DNA from: Lingula anatina | Lineage: Eukaryota; Animalia; Brachiopoda | DNA length: 64,000 nucleotides | NCBI GenBank assembly: GCA_051362555.1 | Contig: CM120640.1 | Span: forward strand, 39,968,788 to 40,032,787 | Reading direction: 5' to 3' | Shown: one piece after another, positions 11,254-22,200 of the stretch | Position numbering within the stretch: the stretch's first letter is position 1 | Layout of the letters: each line of letters starts with the position of its first letter | Program-made: the position numbers and the translations under genes | The notes under the pieces: model-generated | Told to the model about the DNA's origin: nothing | The model's input: only the letters and a program-made list of their open reading frames with translations | The model's database searches: none

Positions 11254-14200
11254 ATGACGTCAACCAAAGAAGGACTGAGGATCGGCAAGCCAGCACCAAA
11301 CTTCTCTGGTACGGCTGTGATCGATGGAGACTTCAAGACCGTGAAGCTGGATGACTACAGAGGAAAATACCTAGTCTTCTTTTTCTATCCCCTGGATTTG
11401 TAAGTCTGTGAATTTATGTGTGAATTGTTGTGATTAGAGTATGATAAAAAGTAGAACAAGTCTTAGATATTTTCTGTATTCATTAGAAATTGATTTTAGA
11501 TAGGAACCAATGAGTGATTAAATAGATACATTTTCCAGACTTTTGTTCAACCTCTGTAACATTACCAGTTCAACCTCTGTAATGTTACCATTTGGCTAGA
11601 AAAAGTGTTTTCTTTAATTTGTTCAGATTCTACAGATTCTTTGTCCATACAGATTCTTTCTCTTTGTATTGAGATCTACAGAATTAAGTGGTCCATTCAT
11701 TTCCTGTCCTTTTGGTCTAATAATGGATCTTCCAGGAATTGAGTCTAATCATGACAGGCAGTTTGATAACCTAGAAGAAGGTTTACCAATCTGATTATCA
11801 TTCAGTTCTCAATGCCCCCGTATGGACATTATCTTCATAATGTTTCTTCATATGATACAAACTGGACAGGATGTCATGACTTAGAAGTGATATTATTAAT
11901 TAATAATATTGAATATATATCTGAGGAGATGTGAGAATAAATTGTTTGCTTGGTGTATGTAACATCCTCCTGTTGAAGATTACCTTATGAAACTGAGCAG
12001 CCTTCCATGCCTTGATGAGATGGCTCTTTTATTTGTCTGCCTGTATATTTTTTCCATAATGCAGGTAAATCACATCAGTGTAGGATAATAAAAAAAGCAG
12101 ATGTGTCATTTGTGGAGGAAAATTACCCATTTGATTTTATGTGACAAAATTATCAAAGATGAAATAAAAAGAAAACAGCATTTACACTGAATGTGGATCT
12201 AGATTTCAAAGTGTAATTGTGATTCTTTTAATTGTGATTCTTTCATTTTTTTTTAGCACATTTGTGTGTCCAACAGAAATCATTGCCTTCAGCGATCGTT
12301 CAGAAGAGTTTCGATCAATTGGCTGTGAGGTGGTCGCTTGCTCTACAGATAGCCATTTTAGTCATCTTGCCTGGTAAGTACTTTAAGGAGACGACTCTTT
12401 GGGTTGTTCAAGATAATTGTTTTTATGTACTTGTTTATGCAATGGCATGTCCTGTCTTGATCTTCAACCATTGAATGGATTTTTTAAAGCATTTTTCCCC
12501 CATTTGGTATGTTCAGGGTCACCTTCGACTTGAATAGGATAGATCTTTTTTGTTTTACTAAGCATTTTCTCTTTAGGCATAAAACAATTTGGGAAAATAG
12601 CAGGTACCTCTTTGGTGGTTAGCATTTCCACAAGGTGTTTGACATTGGACAAGGTCAGGGCTCCAACAATCAGGTCACAAAAGTTTATGTCAGGGGTTGT
12701 GTCTATGCTGCCTAGTGGCTTGGTGGTTTTATTCCCACACATATTATATAAAAGGGCAAAGCGATGCAAATTATATACAGGTTTGATCAATTAACAGTAA
12801 AAGGTTTGGAGGGGGCTGCCCCCTTCTTCATCTAGCTAAAATGGATCAGTAGTTTGGGAAGAACTCTGGTATTAACCTTCTCTGCAAACCCAAGATGTTC
12901 ACTTGAGCTGATAGGATTCTGAGTAGGACTACATGGACAGTGTGATAAGTTGGAATTAGAAGTGATTTCCAGCAAAAAAAAAAATGATATAATGTAAAAG
13001 TTAAAAATATATATTAAACATTCAATAAATCACATTACAAAGTGCATGTTTTTAAGAAATAGGACATTTCTAAGATGTTGTCCATCCATTACTTTTTTTA
13101 TGTGATTGACATTTAGACAAGAAATCTGACAAAACAGGATTTGAAGCCTCAGGTGTTGGTATTCAAGCAGTGATGTATTAGAAGTCACAGATTGTTGTGT
13201 AAACTGTTCTGATGTCAATAATTTCTTTCAAAATCCCCTCCCCAGCTCAGTGACATTTATGCTGGGAACAAATTGAAAAAAATTGAATGTCAACAAAATA
13301 GCTAATGTTACAGGTTACCTGGTATTTAACATACAGATATTCTATGCCCCATGCCCCAACACTGTTGAACTTAGATATCATTCCACTCAACACGGATATA
13401 ATGGGAGCCTTACATTACTTTTTTAAAATTGTGTCAACAATACTCTGGCATGTGGCAAGTATACACTTTGAAAAATTAAGTTCTGTTTTACAAATATTTT
13501 AAAGGGAAACATTTTCAAAAAATCCAAAAAATACAGCATGAAAACAATAATGTCATTATTGTAATTACTTATATATTATTTTATAAAATGCAACATGACT
13601 TAACTTTTGATTATTTATCATATCGTGACCACATGACCTGATCTTTTGATAAGAGATTTTATATTGGAGACAATGTTTTACTTTGAAAAGGTTAGTTTAA
13701 TTTTGTAGTAAGATCTAGAAAATCCTACTATTTATATATGAGTAAATCCCCACTTAGAATTGTACAGCCTATATAAAGTATTACCACAATTTTTTAATCA
13801 TGATAATTATAAGCATAATAACATCTTCTAATTAACAGGGTCAACACCCCCAGGAAAAAGGGTGGACTTGGTCAGATGAAAATCCCACTGCTTGCAGACA
13901 AGACCATGGAAATTGCCAAAGCTTATGGTGTTCTTAAAGAAGAGGATGGTGTAACCTTTAGGTATGAACTAGCAATTTCTTGAAGTGATTTTATCATTAA
14001 AGTGTGAACTTTCCCATCAATTAATGAAGCAGTCATACACTTTCACCTGTGGCTATGTTGTTTGTGCTCTGGGAGAACATTATACTGAGTTTCTGATCAG
14101 TTTTGTGCCAGCTTTTTCATTTTTGTTATCTTCATATGTGCACATTTATTGGACTGCAACAGTAAAAGGTATCCTGATTGGGATTTTGGTGGCAAGTCTT

Positions 14201-15188
14201 AATTTTCATGGAGAGAAAAGCAATTTCATATTATTCAAGAATCATTGCTCAACCCAGCCATGCAGTTAAAGATTCGGTGTTTAACAGTTTTTTCTGAGAA
14301 AATAATATAGTGGGAGGGATTATAAGATGAGTGTAGTATACCCTCTACAGCTAGACTAGAATTATTGAAGTTTATTGTACCAATCACAAACAGGCTTCCA
14401 ATCTGCCTAATTTTATGGTTACATAAAATTTCATGTGAAATAGCACACATGATTGGTTCTGTTTGTTTCAATAAGTTGTGTGCTGCTAGTGTTCAGAGGC
14501 CAAAAGCAAGCATGTATAAAAATGTGTGCTTAAGAAGAGAATGCATGGGTGTATATATTGTACACGTATTGAAAGACCTGAAAGCAGTGATGTGCATTCC
14601 TTACACTTTTTTGTTTCTGAATCTAGGGGTCTATTTATAATCGATGGTCAAGGAATATTGCGTCAAGTCACAGTCAATGACCTCCCTGTTGGACGTTCAG
14701 TGGATGAGACACTCAGGCTTGTTCAGGCTTTCCAGTTCACAGACAAGCATGGAGAAGGTAATATTTCAATATTTATTTTTCATGTAGCAACTTCATGCTT
14801 TCTACTTTTCATGTTCAACAGTTTCTTTTCAAGTAAAATTACTTTCGGCTGTTAAATTTATAGTATAAAATAGCCCCTTATGAAGGTGACACTTATTAAT
14901 TGGTATCAGATTGTGTCAGCCAGACCTCAGTTCATAATTTCCCAAAATGCCCCTTATTTGTATAATATCTGAAACTTCATAAGATTACAAAAAGAAAAAA
15001 GCCTTATATTATTATTATTTCGAAGTTTTTAAAATTTATATGTATTTTATTTTTACACAATATTTAAATGCAATTTTAACCTGTTGTAATTCATTTCAGT
15101 GTGCCCTGCTGGTTGGAGACCAGGTGCAGACACCATGAAGCCAGATCCTAAAGGAAGCCAGACTTACTTTGAAAAGACCAACAAGTGA
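11254..15188 (+). CDS. PRDX1/2: Typical 2-Cys peroxiredoxin (Prx1/Prx2-like thioredoxin peroxidase), 201 aa, 5 coding exons
   Basis: Exons 11254-11399, 12257-12373, 13839-13961, 14627-14757 and 15100-15188 are all GT-AG, phase-consistent and total 606 nt. The protein has [14 protein letters not shown] (peroxidatic Cys), GGLG, GEVCPAGW (resolving Cys) and a C-terminal YF motif. The GGLG and YF motifs mark the hyperoxidation-sensitive type. Confidence 0.96.
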
Positions 15189-15840
15189 TCCTCTGCTGGC
15201 ATTTCATATTTACACTTGAACAATTCTTGTTAACTGTAGGACATTCTTTGGAAGGTAAAATTTGGCACCCCTTCGTATCGAACAATGAACTCTTGATAAT
15301 GTTGGAAATTGGTCTAAGTGAGAGGGATTGGGTTTTCCATTTGATGTATAATTCATTACTTTGCATCTGAGAAAAAAATGCCCCCATTTTTTGCTAAGCA
15401 ATGTGTTTGTGACTTGTTGTAGTGTTTTAGATTAGTTTTTAACATGATCTTAGTATGTCTTAGTTGTAGAGAACCAGACCCATTAACATCTTTGCTATGT
15501 TATCCTCTTGGTCAGTGAAGTTTACCTCCGTTTAAGATGTTTTAGTATTTATGTTTAAATATTAAAGCCTGTTGTTTGTAACTCTTGTTTTTACTACATA
15601 TTTAAATACCATGTTGGTGTAAAACATCTAGCTTAATTAATAGCCCCTGGTAAATAAATTAGAAGGTTCTTATTTTACTTTTTATCATTACACAATGTGT
15701 ACAATGTCCTATATATATATACATGTAGGTTCCATAAATAAACAATATTTCAATTGACTGCAAGTGTTTGTTTATTTATTTATTTTGTGAATGTAATTAT
15801 AAATTCAAAACGATCGTTAATAAGTGAACACATCACTTTC

Positions 15841-18052
15841 AACTAGAGGATCAGAGAGGCGATACCGCCTCCGAATATTGTACCACCAGCTGGAGCAAGC
15901 GCATTCATATAGACCCCCACATATACAAAATAAGGAACACAGCCACCAGTCTTGTGCTTGACAAGCTGTAAAAATGCAATCAACAAGAATTTTCAAAATA
16001 TGCAAAAAATATATATATTACTAAAAATGGTACAATCAAAGTTAAGTTCATCGCAAGGTAGGTCAAAGGTCAATTCCAAGGTCACAGTAAATTGCCAGTA
16101 TATGACTTCCTATTCAACTTCAATAGTAACTATGGGCCGATCTCTGCCAGGTTTGGAGTTAAAAGAGAAAGAAATTAGCAGAGTTCAGTTCATGATAATA
16201 AGTAGGTCAAAGGTCAATTTCAAGGTCACACTTAGATTGCCAGTATATGACTTCCTATTCACGTTCAATAGTAACTATGGACCTATCTCTGCCAGTTTTA
16301 GAGATAAAGGGGAAGCAAAATATGCAAAGTTCAGTTCATGGTGAAAAGTAGGTCAAAGGTCAATTTTAAGGTCACATTTAGATTGCCAGTATATGACTTC
16401 CTATTCAACTTCAATAGTAACTATGGACCTATCTCTGCCAGTTTTGGAGATAAAAGGGAAGCAAAATTTGCAAAGTTCAGTTCATGGTGAAAAGTAGGTC
16501 AAAGGTCAATTTTAAGTTCACATTTAGATTGCCAGTATATGACTTCCTATTCAAGTTCAATAGAAACTATGGACCTATCTCTGCCAGTTTTGGAGATAAA
16601 AGGAAGCAAAATTTGCAAAGTTCAGTTCATGGTGAAAAGTAGGTCAAAGGTCAATTTTAAGGTCACATTTAGATTGCCAGTATATGACTTCCTATTCAAC
16701 TTCAATAGTAACTATGGACCTATCTCTGCCAGTTTTGGAGATAAAAGGGAAGCAAAATTTGCAAAGTTCAGTTCATGGTGAAAAGTAGGTCAAAGGTCAA
16801 TTTTAAGGTCACATTTAGATTGCCAGTATATGACTTCCTATTCAAGTTCAATAGAAACTATGGACCTATCTCTGCCAGTTTTGGAGATAAAAAGGAAGCA
16901 AAATTTGCAAAGTTCAGTTCATGGTGAAAAGTAGGTCAAAGGTCAATTTTAAGGTCACATTTAGATTGCCAGTGTATGACTTCCTATTCAAGTTCAATAG
17001 TAACTATGGACCTATCTCTGCCAGTTTTGGAGATATAAGGGACTAAATGTTATAATTTTGGAGTTACCATAATGTGCCATAAATTTCCTACAAAAAAAAT
17101 TAATTAAAATAAAGAAAAGGTCATTTTGGTCAAAATTCTTGAAATGGGAGGTGCTCTGAAGTTCCAGATGTTCAAATTTGATGAAATAATGTCATTTTTG
17201 ACCACAAGTTGTCTGCTTTGCCAAGCCTTATGTTTTATTTTTCCGGAGTTCAAAATTTATTATCCATTACCGTACTGCACATTTTGCTTTCACCACCAAT
17301 ATGTACTTTTTGATACAGTGTAACTCGAAAACCGTATGGAATACAAAAAAACGGAGACCACCTCCAGTGTTGGGCTTTACATGCTCTACAAAATGCAAAA
17401 AAGAATGGGTGTCTAGCATTAACGGTTCCCGAATTAGAGACAGTTTTCAGTTTCGATATCTTATGGCCTCTACTCCCGTGAAAATGCACCGATTGACCCC
17501 AAATTCACGGAGATGAAAGATGACCTGAAGGGTAACACTTTCCATTAATATTATTAGTTAAGTCTGTGTGGTGTCTGAATAAGACCGCAAATAATTTTTT
17601 TTTCGGCAAAAATTTTGTTTTTTTGAAAATTTTGGCCCGTTTGACCTTAAAATAAAGGTCAAAGGTCAAATCCAAGGGCATATTTGAAATCTACACATAT
17701 GACTTTTGGAAAGCTGTCTGTAGAAATTTTTCCCATAATTCCTTCTGTAGGGGAGATAATTAGCATTTAATTTTGCCATTTTTGGACAAGGGTGCATTGC
17801 AATGAGTGCCACACCTAGACCCCAATACCGACAAAGCCCAAATTTTACGTGGAACGAGTTGAGATTATAGGTGACCTAAATCCAAGAGATGGGTATGGAG
17901 GCCCTTACCGTCTAGGAGGAGAAGCGGTAACGGTGACTTGGCGGCGGAGCCGCAGGAGCCGGCGGAGCCGGCAGAGCCGCAGGAGCCGGCGGAACATACG
18001 GGTCGGGACTAAAACCATGTGTACCGCCAGCGCCTACGCTGGTGGTACAATT
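15841..18052 (-). mobile_element. Non-autonomous Helentron-associated (HINE / DINE-1-like) element with central tandem repeats
   Basis: 14-bp subterminal inverted repeats ATTGTACCACCAGC (15877-15890) and GCTGGTGGTACAAT (18038-18051). An extra IR forms a hairpin with the subTIR at 18020-18049, next to a 9-bp GGAGCCGnn microsatellite (~17940-17995). A terminal stem-loop GAGGCG-ATAC-CGCCTC lies at 15856-15871. There is a central 146-bp array and no TSD. This is the established DINE-1/HINE layout. Confidence 0.8.
16041..17040. repeat. Tandem array of ~7 copies of a 144-146-bp unit (satellite-like core of the HINE)
   Basis: AGGTCAAAGGTCA starts at 16060, 16204, 16350, 16496, 16641, 16787 and 16933. 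A degenerate unit starts near 17656. Confidence 0.95.
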
Positions 18053-19257
18053 AATAATTTTATTGTGTTTGACCTGTGTTCCAACTTTGGCCTATTTTTA
18101 TTGCCATACTATACATCTTACTTCATACATAAGGGTTCAGTTGAACTAGCTACCATAGAAAAATATTCTGATAATACAGACTGGTTGAATATCATTTTAA
18201 TTAAATGCAATTTATACTGTATGTTTCTCGCTCATTTTGCTTATTATGCTAAATGAAGTTGAATAGTTCAGTATACAATTATCGATAGACTTACTGGCAC
18301 ATCTACCCTGTACATGAGAGAACTTAAATATGTATTTTAATTCCTTTAACTCAAGACTGTGGTTTATGTTCAAAGCTCATTACTTACAAAGTATTTTCTG
18401 TTTTCTGTATTAAGAATGCAGATGAACACAGTTTGTAAATGACAGTAAATTTTGGCACCAGATTTCACTTTAACTCTTGAATAAATTTAAAAGATATCAA
18501 ATAATAAACAAGGCACTTTTTTTGAAAAAGTTATGTATCCATACAGCTCGCCAGCATTATAATTATTATAACAACACCTGTACAACTAAAAACAATATTT
18601 CTGCAGAATATCTGAATAATTTAAGAGGAGAGAGTTCATGTTATTTTGTGACTTCAATAAAAAAGAAAAAGGTAACAGACAATAATCCTTAAATGTACAA
18701 ACAAAATGTCTGTTAAAATGACTGATGCCAATCAAACATTTAAGTAATAGGTAATAATATTACCTGATGCCACTGGTTCAATATAACCGTCTCCAACAGA
18801 GAAAGTATACAATACAAAATGATAGTCAATAAAACCAAAAGAAAAAAACAATGTTCTTGTGACTTGTAAGTTCTAACATTAAAAATTTCTTTTTGATGGG
18901 ATATATAGTAATAACATCACTAAAACTTCTTAATCACTACTAAAATCTTCTAAATTTTTGGAAAAATGTTTAAAAAAGGAACAAAAATTGACCACAGCAG
19001 TCATATTATACCATAAGATACCTTGTGCAACAAGTTTTAAAAATTACTTTCACTCTATCATCATCAAGATGATCATTACAATTATAAATATTTTCTTGTG
19101 ACCTGTTCCATTAAAAAGGAACAATTTAAAAAATCATGTCATGAAAATATTTCATTTTCTTCATCTGTCAGACTACAAATACTCATAAATTTGATTAAAG
19201 GCAATTAGTTTCATGGAATGATGTAGCCGACTGTTTACATATTTGAATTGGAAAGCT

Positions 19258-22200
19258 TTACATCCTTGGAACGGAACTTTTGAAGTTGTGATAGTGGATG
19301 AAAAGGGGATGTTGCAAAAGTTCTTTGGCCGATGGTCTGTCCTCTGATTTTTGTTCAAGACAGCGTAGCATGAGATCTCGCACTCCTGGCGAAAGGTTTT
19401 CTGGAATGGGTGGGGGTTCTGTCGATGTTGCAATCTGAAATAAAATCAACAGCTTAGGTCATTATAACAGTTTAACAAAAAACCTATTTTGGTACGGTTG
19501 AATTATCTCCTTTTACAACATTAATTTGAATTTCAGTTATTTTATTGTTTGTATGTTTGTTTAATTGACAAACCTACTCCAGAGCAGCTGGGTAATTTTA
19601 TCCAGTCTAGATTCAATACAAAATACCAACTTTGGTTTGGAGCTAGGAATAAATGCACTTTAATTATACAAAGTTGAATAAAACATGCAATGCCAAAGGA
19701 CTTCTGCATGTGGCAGTAAAGTAAGACTGGCACAGTTAGAATGAGGTTTGTCAAGAATTTGGATTTGGATAAACCTCAATCTATAATGGAAATGCTGAAT
19801 GTTTCTCCCCAGTTACTGCAGGATACATGCACATAACTGGCATAAAAGTACTCTTATTACTTAATGTTTCACTGCAGAAATTGTTAATGGGATTGTAAAG
19901 TTGGAGTATTCTATTCAACATCACTGACCTTAAATATGAGAGCCAGGTGATTGGACACAGCCTTGGATCCCCAGGGTGGCTGGCCAGTGCACATTTCTAC
20001 CATGCAGCAGCCCACACTCCAGACATCACAGCTCCGGCCATAGCTTTCACCACGTAACACCTGAAATATTTATATACATAGGGTGAGTAACGTGTATATA
20101 TTAGAATTGGTTTATCTCACATTTACTGCCATATTTCTCCTCTTTGATGCCAGGGTGGTGAGGATCAGCCACGTTAGACTTCTGTCCTAAATACCACTAC
20201 CAAAATCATCGTCATCTTTACTATAACTGTAAACACAAGCCTTTTCACTTCTAATGCTACTTCTGGCCTACTTCTAAAAGACTTCTGGCCAATCTACTTC
20301 TAAAAGACTTCTGGCCAATCAGAGACTAGGAATCTACTGGGCCAAGGCAAAAACAGTGCCCAGAAACTTAATGAATTTACAAAATATTATCCACACAACA
20401 TCAATTTTACTGGCTGTACAAACACAACTTTTGTTTCACACCCTACCTCTGGGGCCATGAAAGCAATGGTGCCCAGTAGCTGTCCCTGGAACTCTCCTGC
20501 TCCTGTGGACCTTGTAGCCAGCCTGGCACTGGCACCAAAGTCTGCTATCCTCACACGCTTTCCCGTACTGTCCACAAGGATGTTGGCTCCTGAAGTGTTT
20601 AACAACTTATGATGCATATGCACAGTCATATTACCATCACTGTCTGTTGACAGTGCTGGAACCACAGCCAAAATGGTAACCAGAGCAAGTTGTTTGGTAC
20701 ATAACTTGTAAGATTTTAAAAATTGAAAGACTATCTGCAAAGAAAATTGTTGTTTTAATAAAATAACTTTAAACATCCCCCCCCCCCCCCCCCAAAAAAA
20801 AAAAAAAAAAATCTGCCAATGATTAAAGGTACGAACAGGTCTTATAAATACTGCTGGCTGCCCTACCTTTCATGTCCCTGTGTAATATCTGGTTATCATG
20901 CAGGTATGCCAGCCCCCTGAGCACTTGCTGAGTGTAACTGGTGATCACTACCTCACTGAATGGTCCATAAGTGGCCAGGAGACAGGCCACAGCACCACCT
21001 GGTGAGTAAACATACATTTAAAATTTATAGTTGAAGTGGAAACTGTGAAAAAATAGCCACATTGCTGCTTTGGACTTCTCACATCTCATAAAATCCATCT
21101 CACTGCACAAAAAGATTCATAAAAAACACCTCTGAAGGAGAACCATGCAAAAAGAAGAAAATGGAAAATCATCAGAACCACAATTTCTGGTTTATTCAAA
21201 TTTTTCAGCATATTTTTAAAAACACATACATTCAGAATAATTTAGCATAAAGCATAAAATAATTTAGAGATGGGACAAAACTTTTTCAATAATTTCACCC
21301 AAAATACAGAGATTTTCTATGGCCATCAACCTGCCAAAAGGAGAGAAGTTCTCGTCTTTGCTAATAGCTCACCTGGCATCCACTCCACAAACATGTTAAA
21401 ATGGCAACCCTGTCTGGTGGCTCCAAGTATTCTGACTACATTGACATGGTTCAGCTTGGCCATCATACGAATCTCATCTTCTATTGCCTCCACCACCTGA
21501 GCTTGCTCTACAGCTGTGTTTCTACAGAACGAGATCTGGAATGGAAATAAATAGAAAACATTTACCTTGCAATAACTTTCCATTTTTACATCAAGAAGTA
21601 AATGGTTAGATTCTAGTCCTTCCAGTAACCAGAGATTGCCCTTTTCTGAGCATTAAAATAATTCAGAATTGCATAAAACAAAAAAAACTTGAATGGGGCA
21701 ACACCTTTCACTGAAAAAAATAGATAAATATGAAAGGATCATCACGACTGATTTCTATTTCTAACTTGTCATACTGAACTGCATATATTTATGGGGCTTG
21801 TAATTAGTTTGACTAATTCATGCCCTCAGAAATACCAAAAACGCACAAAATCTACCAAAAGACCCAATTTCAAGTTATTCACAAATGGCTGACCTGTTTT
21901 ACTGCCATAATGGTCCCAGTCTTGACGTCCCTGGCCTGATAGCAGGTACTGTAGGCACCAGTGCCAATCAGAGGGCCACGCTGCCAGTGTATGCCATCCA
22001 AGTAGGCCTTGGGCTGTGGCTCATCATTTTCTCCACCTCCCTGTAATATGGAAATGTGTGTTGTCTGTTTTATCATCTCTGTTTCCAAAATGTTGAAACC
22101 ACGATGCTTTAAATTAAAGTTTTGTAATATTTGAAATATTGGTTTGATGCATTGGGACCCTTAAAATTCTCTGGAATAAGTTAGATAGGCAAAACAATTG

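Noticed and set aside
15186-15233. Stop-codon readthrough or selenocysteine at the peroxiredoxin TGA
   Set aside because: The context is TGA-TCC rather than TGA-CTAG, the extension ends without a PTS1, the protein is already full length, and I see no convincing SECIS.
15952-16781. Repeated ORFs (SRSKVNFKVT...LPVYDFLF)
   Set aside because: Chance translations of the 146-bp tandem unit, which is not a multiple of 3 and shifts frame.
16041-17040. CRISPR-like periodic array
   Set aside because: Whole units are near-identical with no unique spacers, there are no cas genes, and the context is eukaryotic.
17849-18256. ORF with protamine/SR-like RRSRRSRRSRQSRRSRR
   Set aside because: It is the translation of the 9-bp microsatellite inside the HINE end and runs across the element boundary into AT-rich DNA.
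19258-19269. MAP3K1 C-terminus -PRM as a peroxisomal targeting signal
   Set aside because: PRM is mainly a plant-type PTS1 variant, and nothing else supports peroxisomal import of this kinase.
20255-20320. Short tandem duplication CTACTTCTAAAAGACTTCTGGCCAAT (also a 23-bp duplication near 11546-11590)
   Set aside because: Ordinary local slippage duplications within introns.
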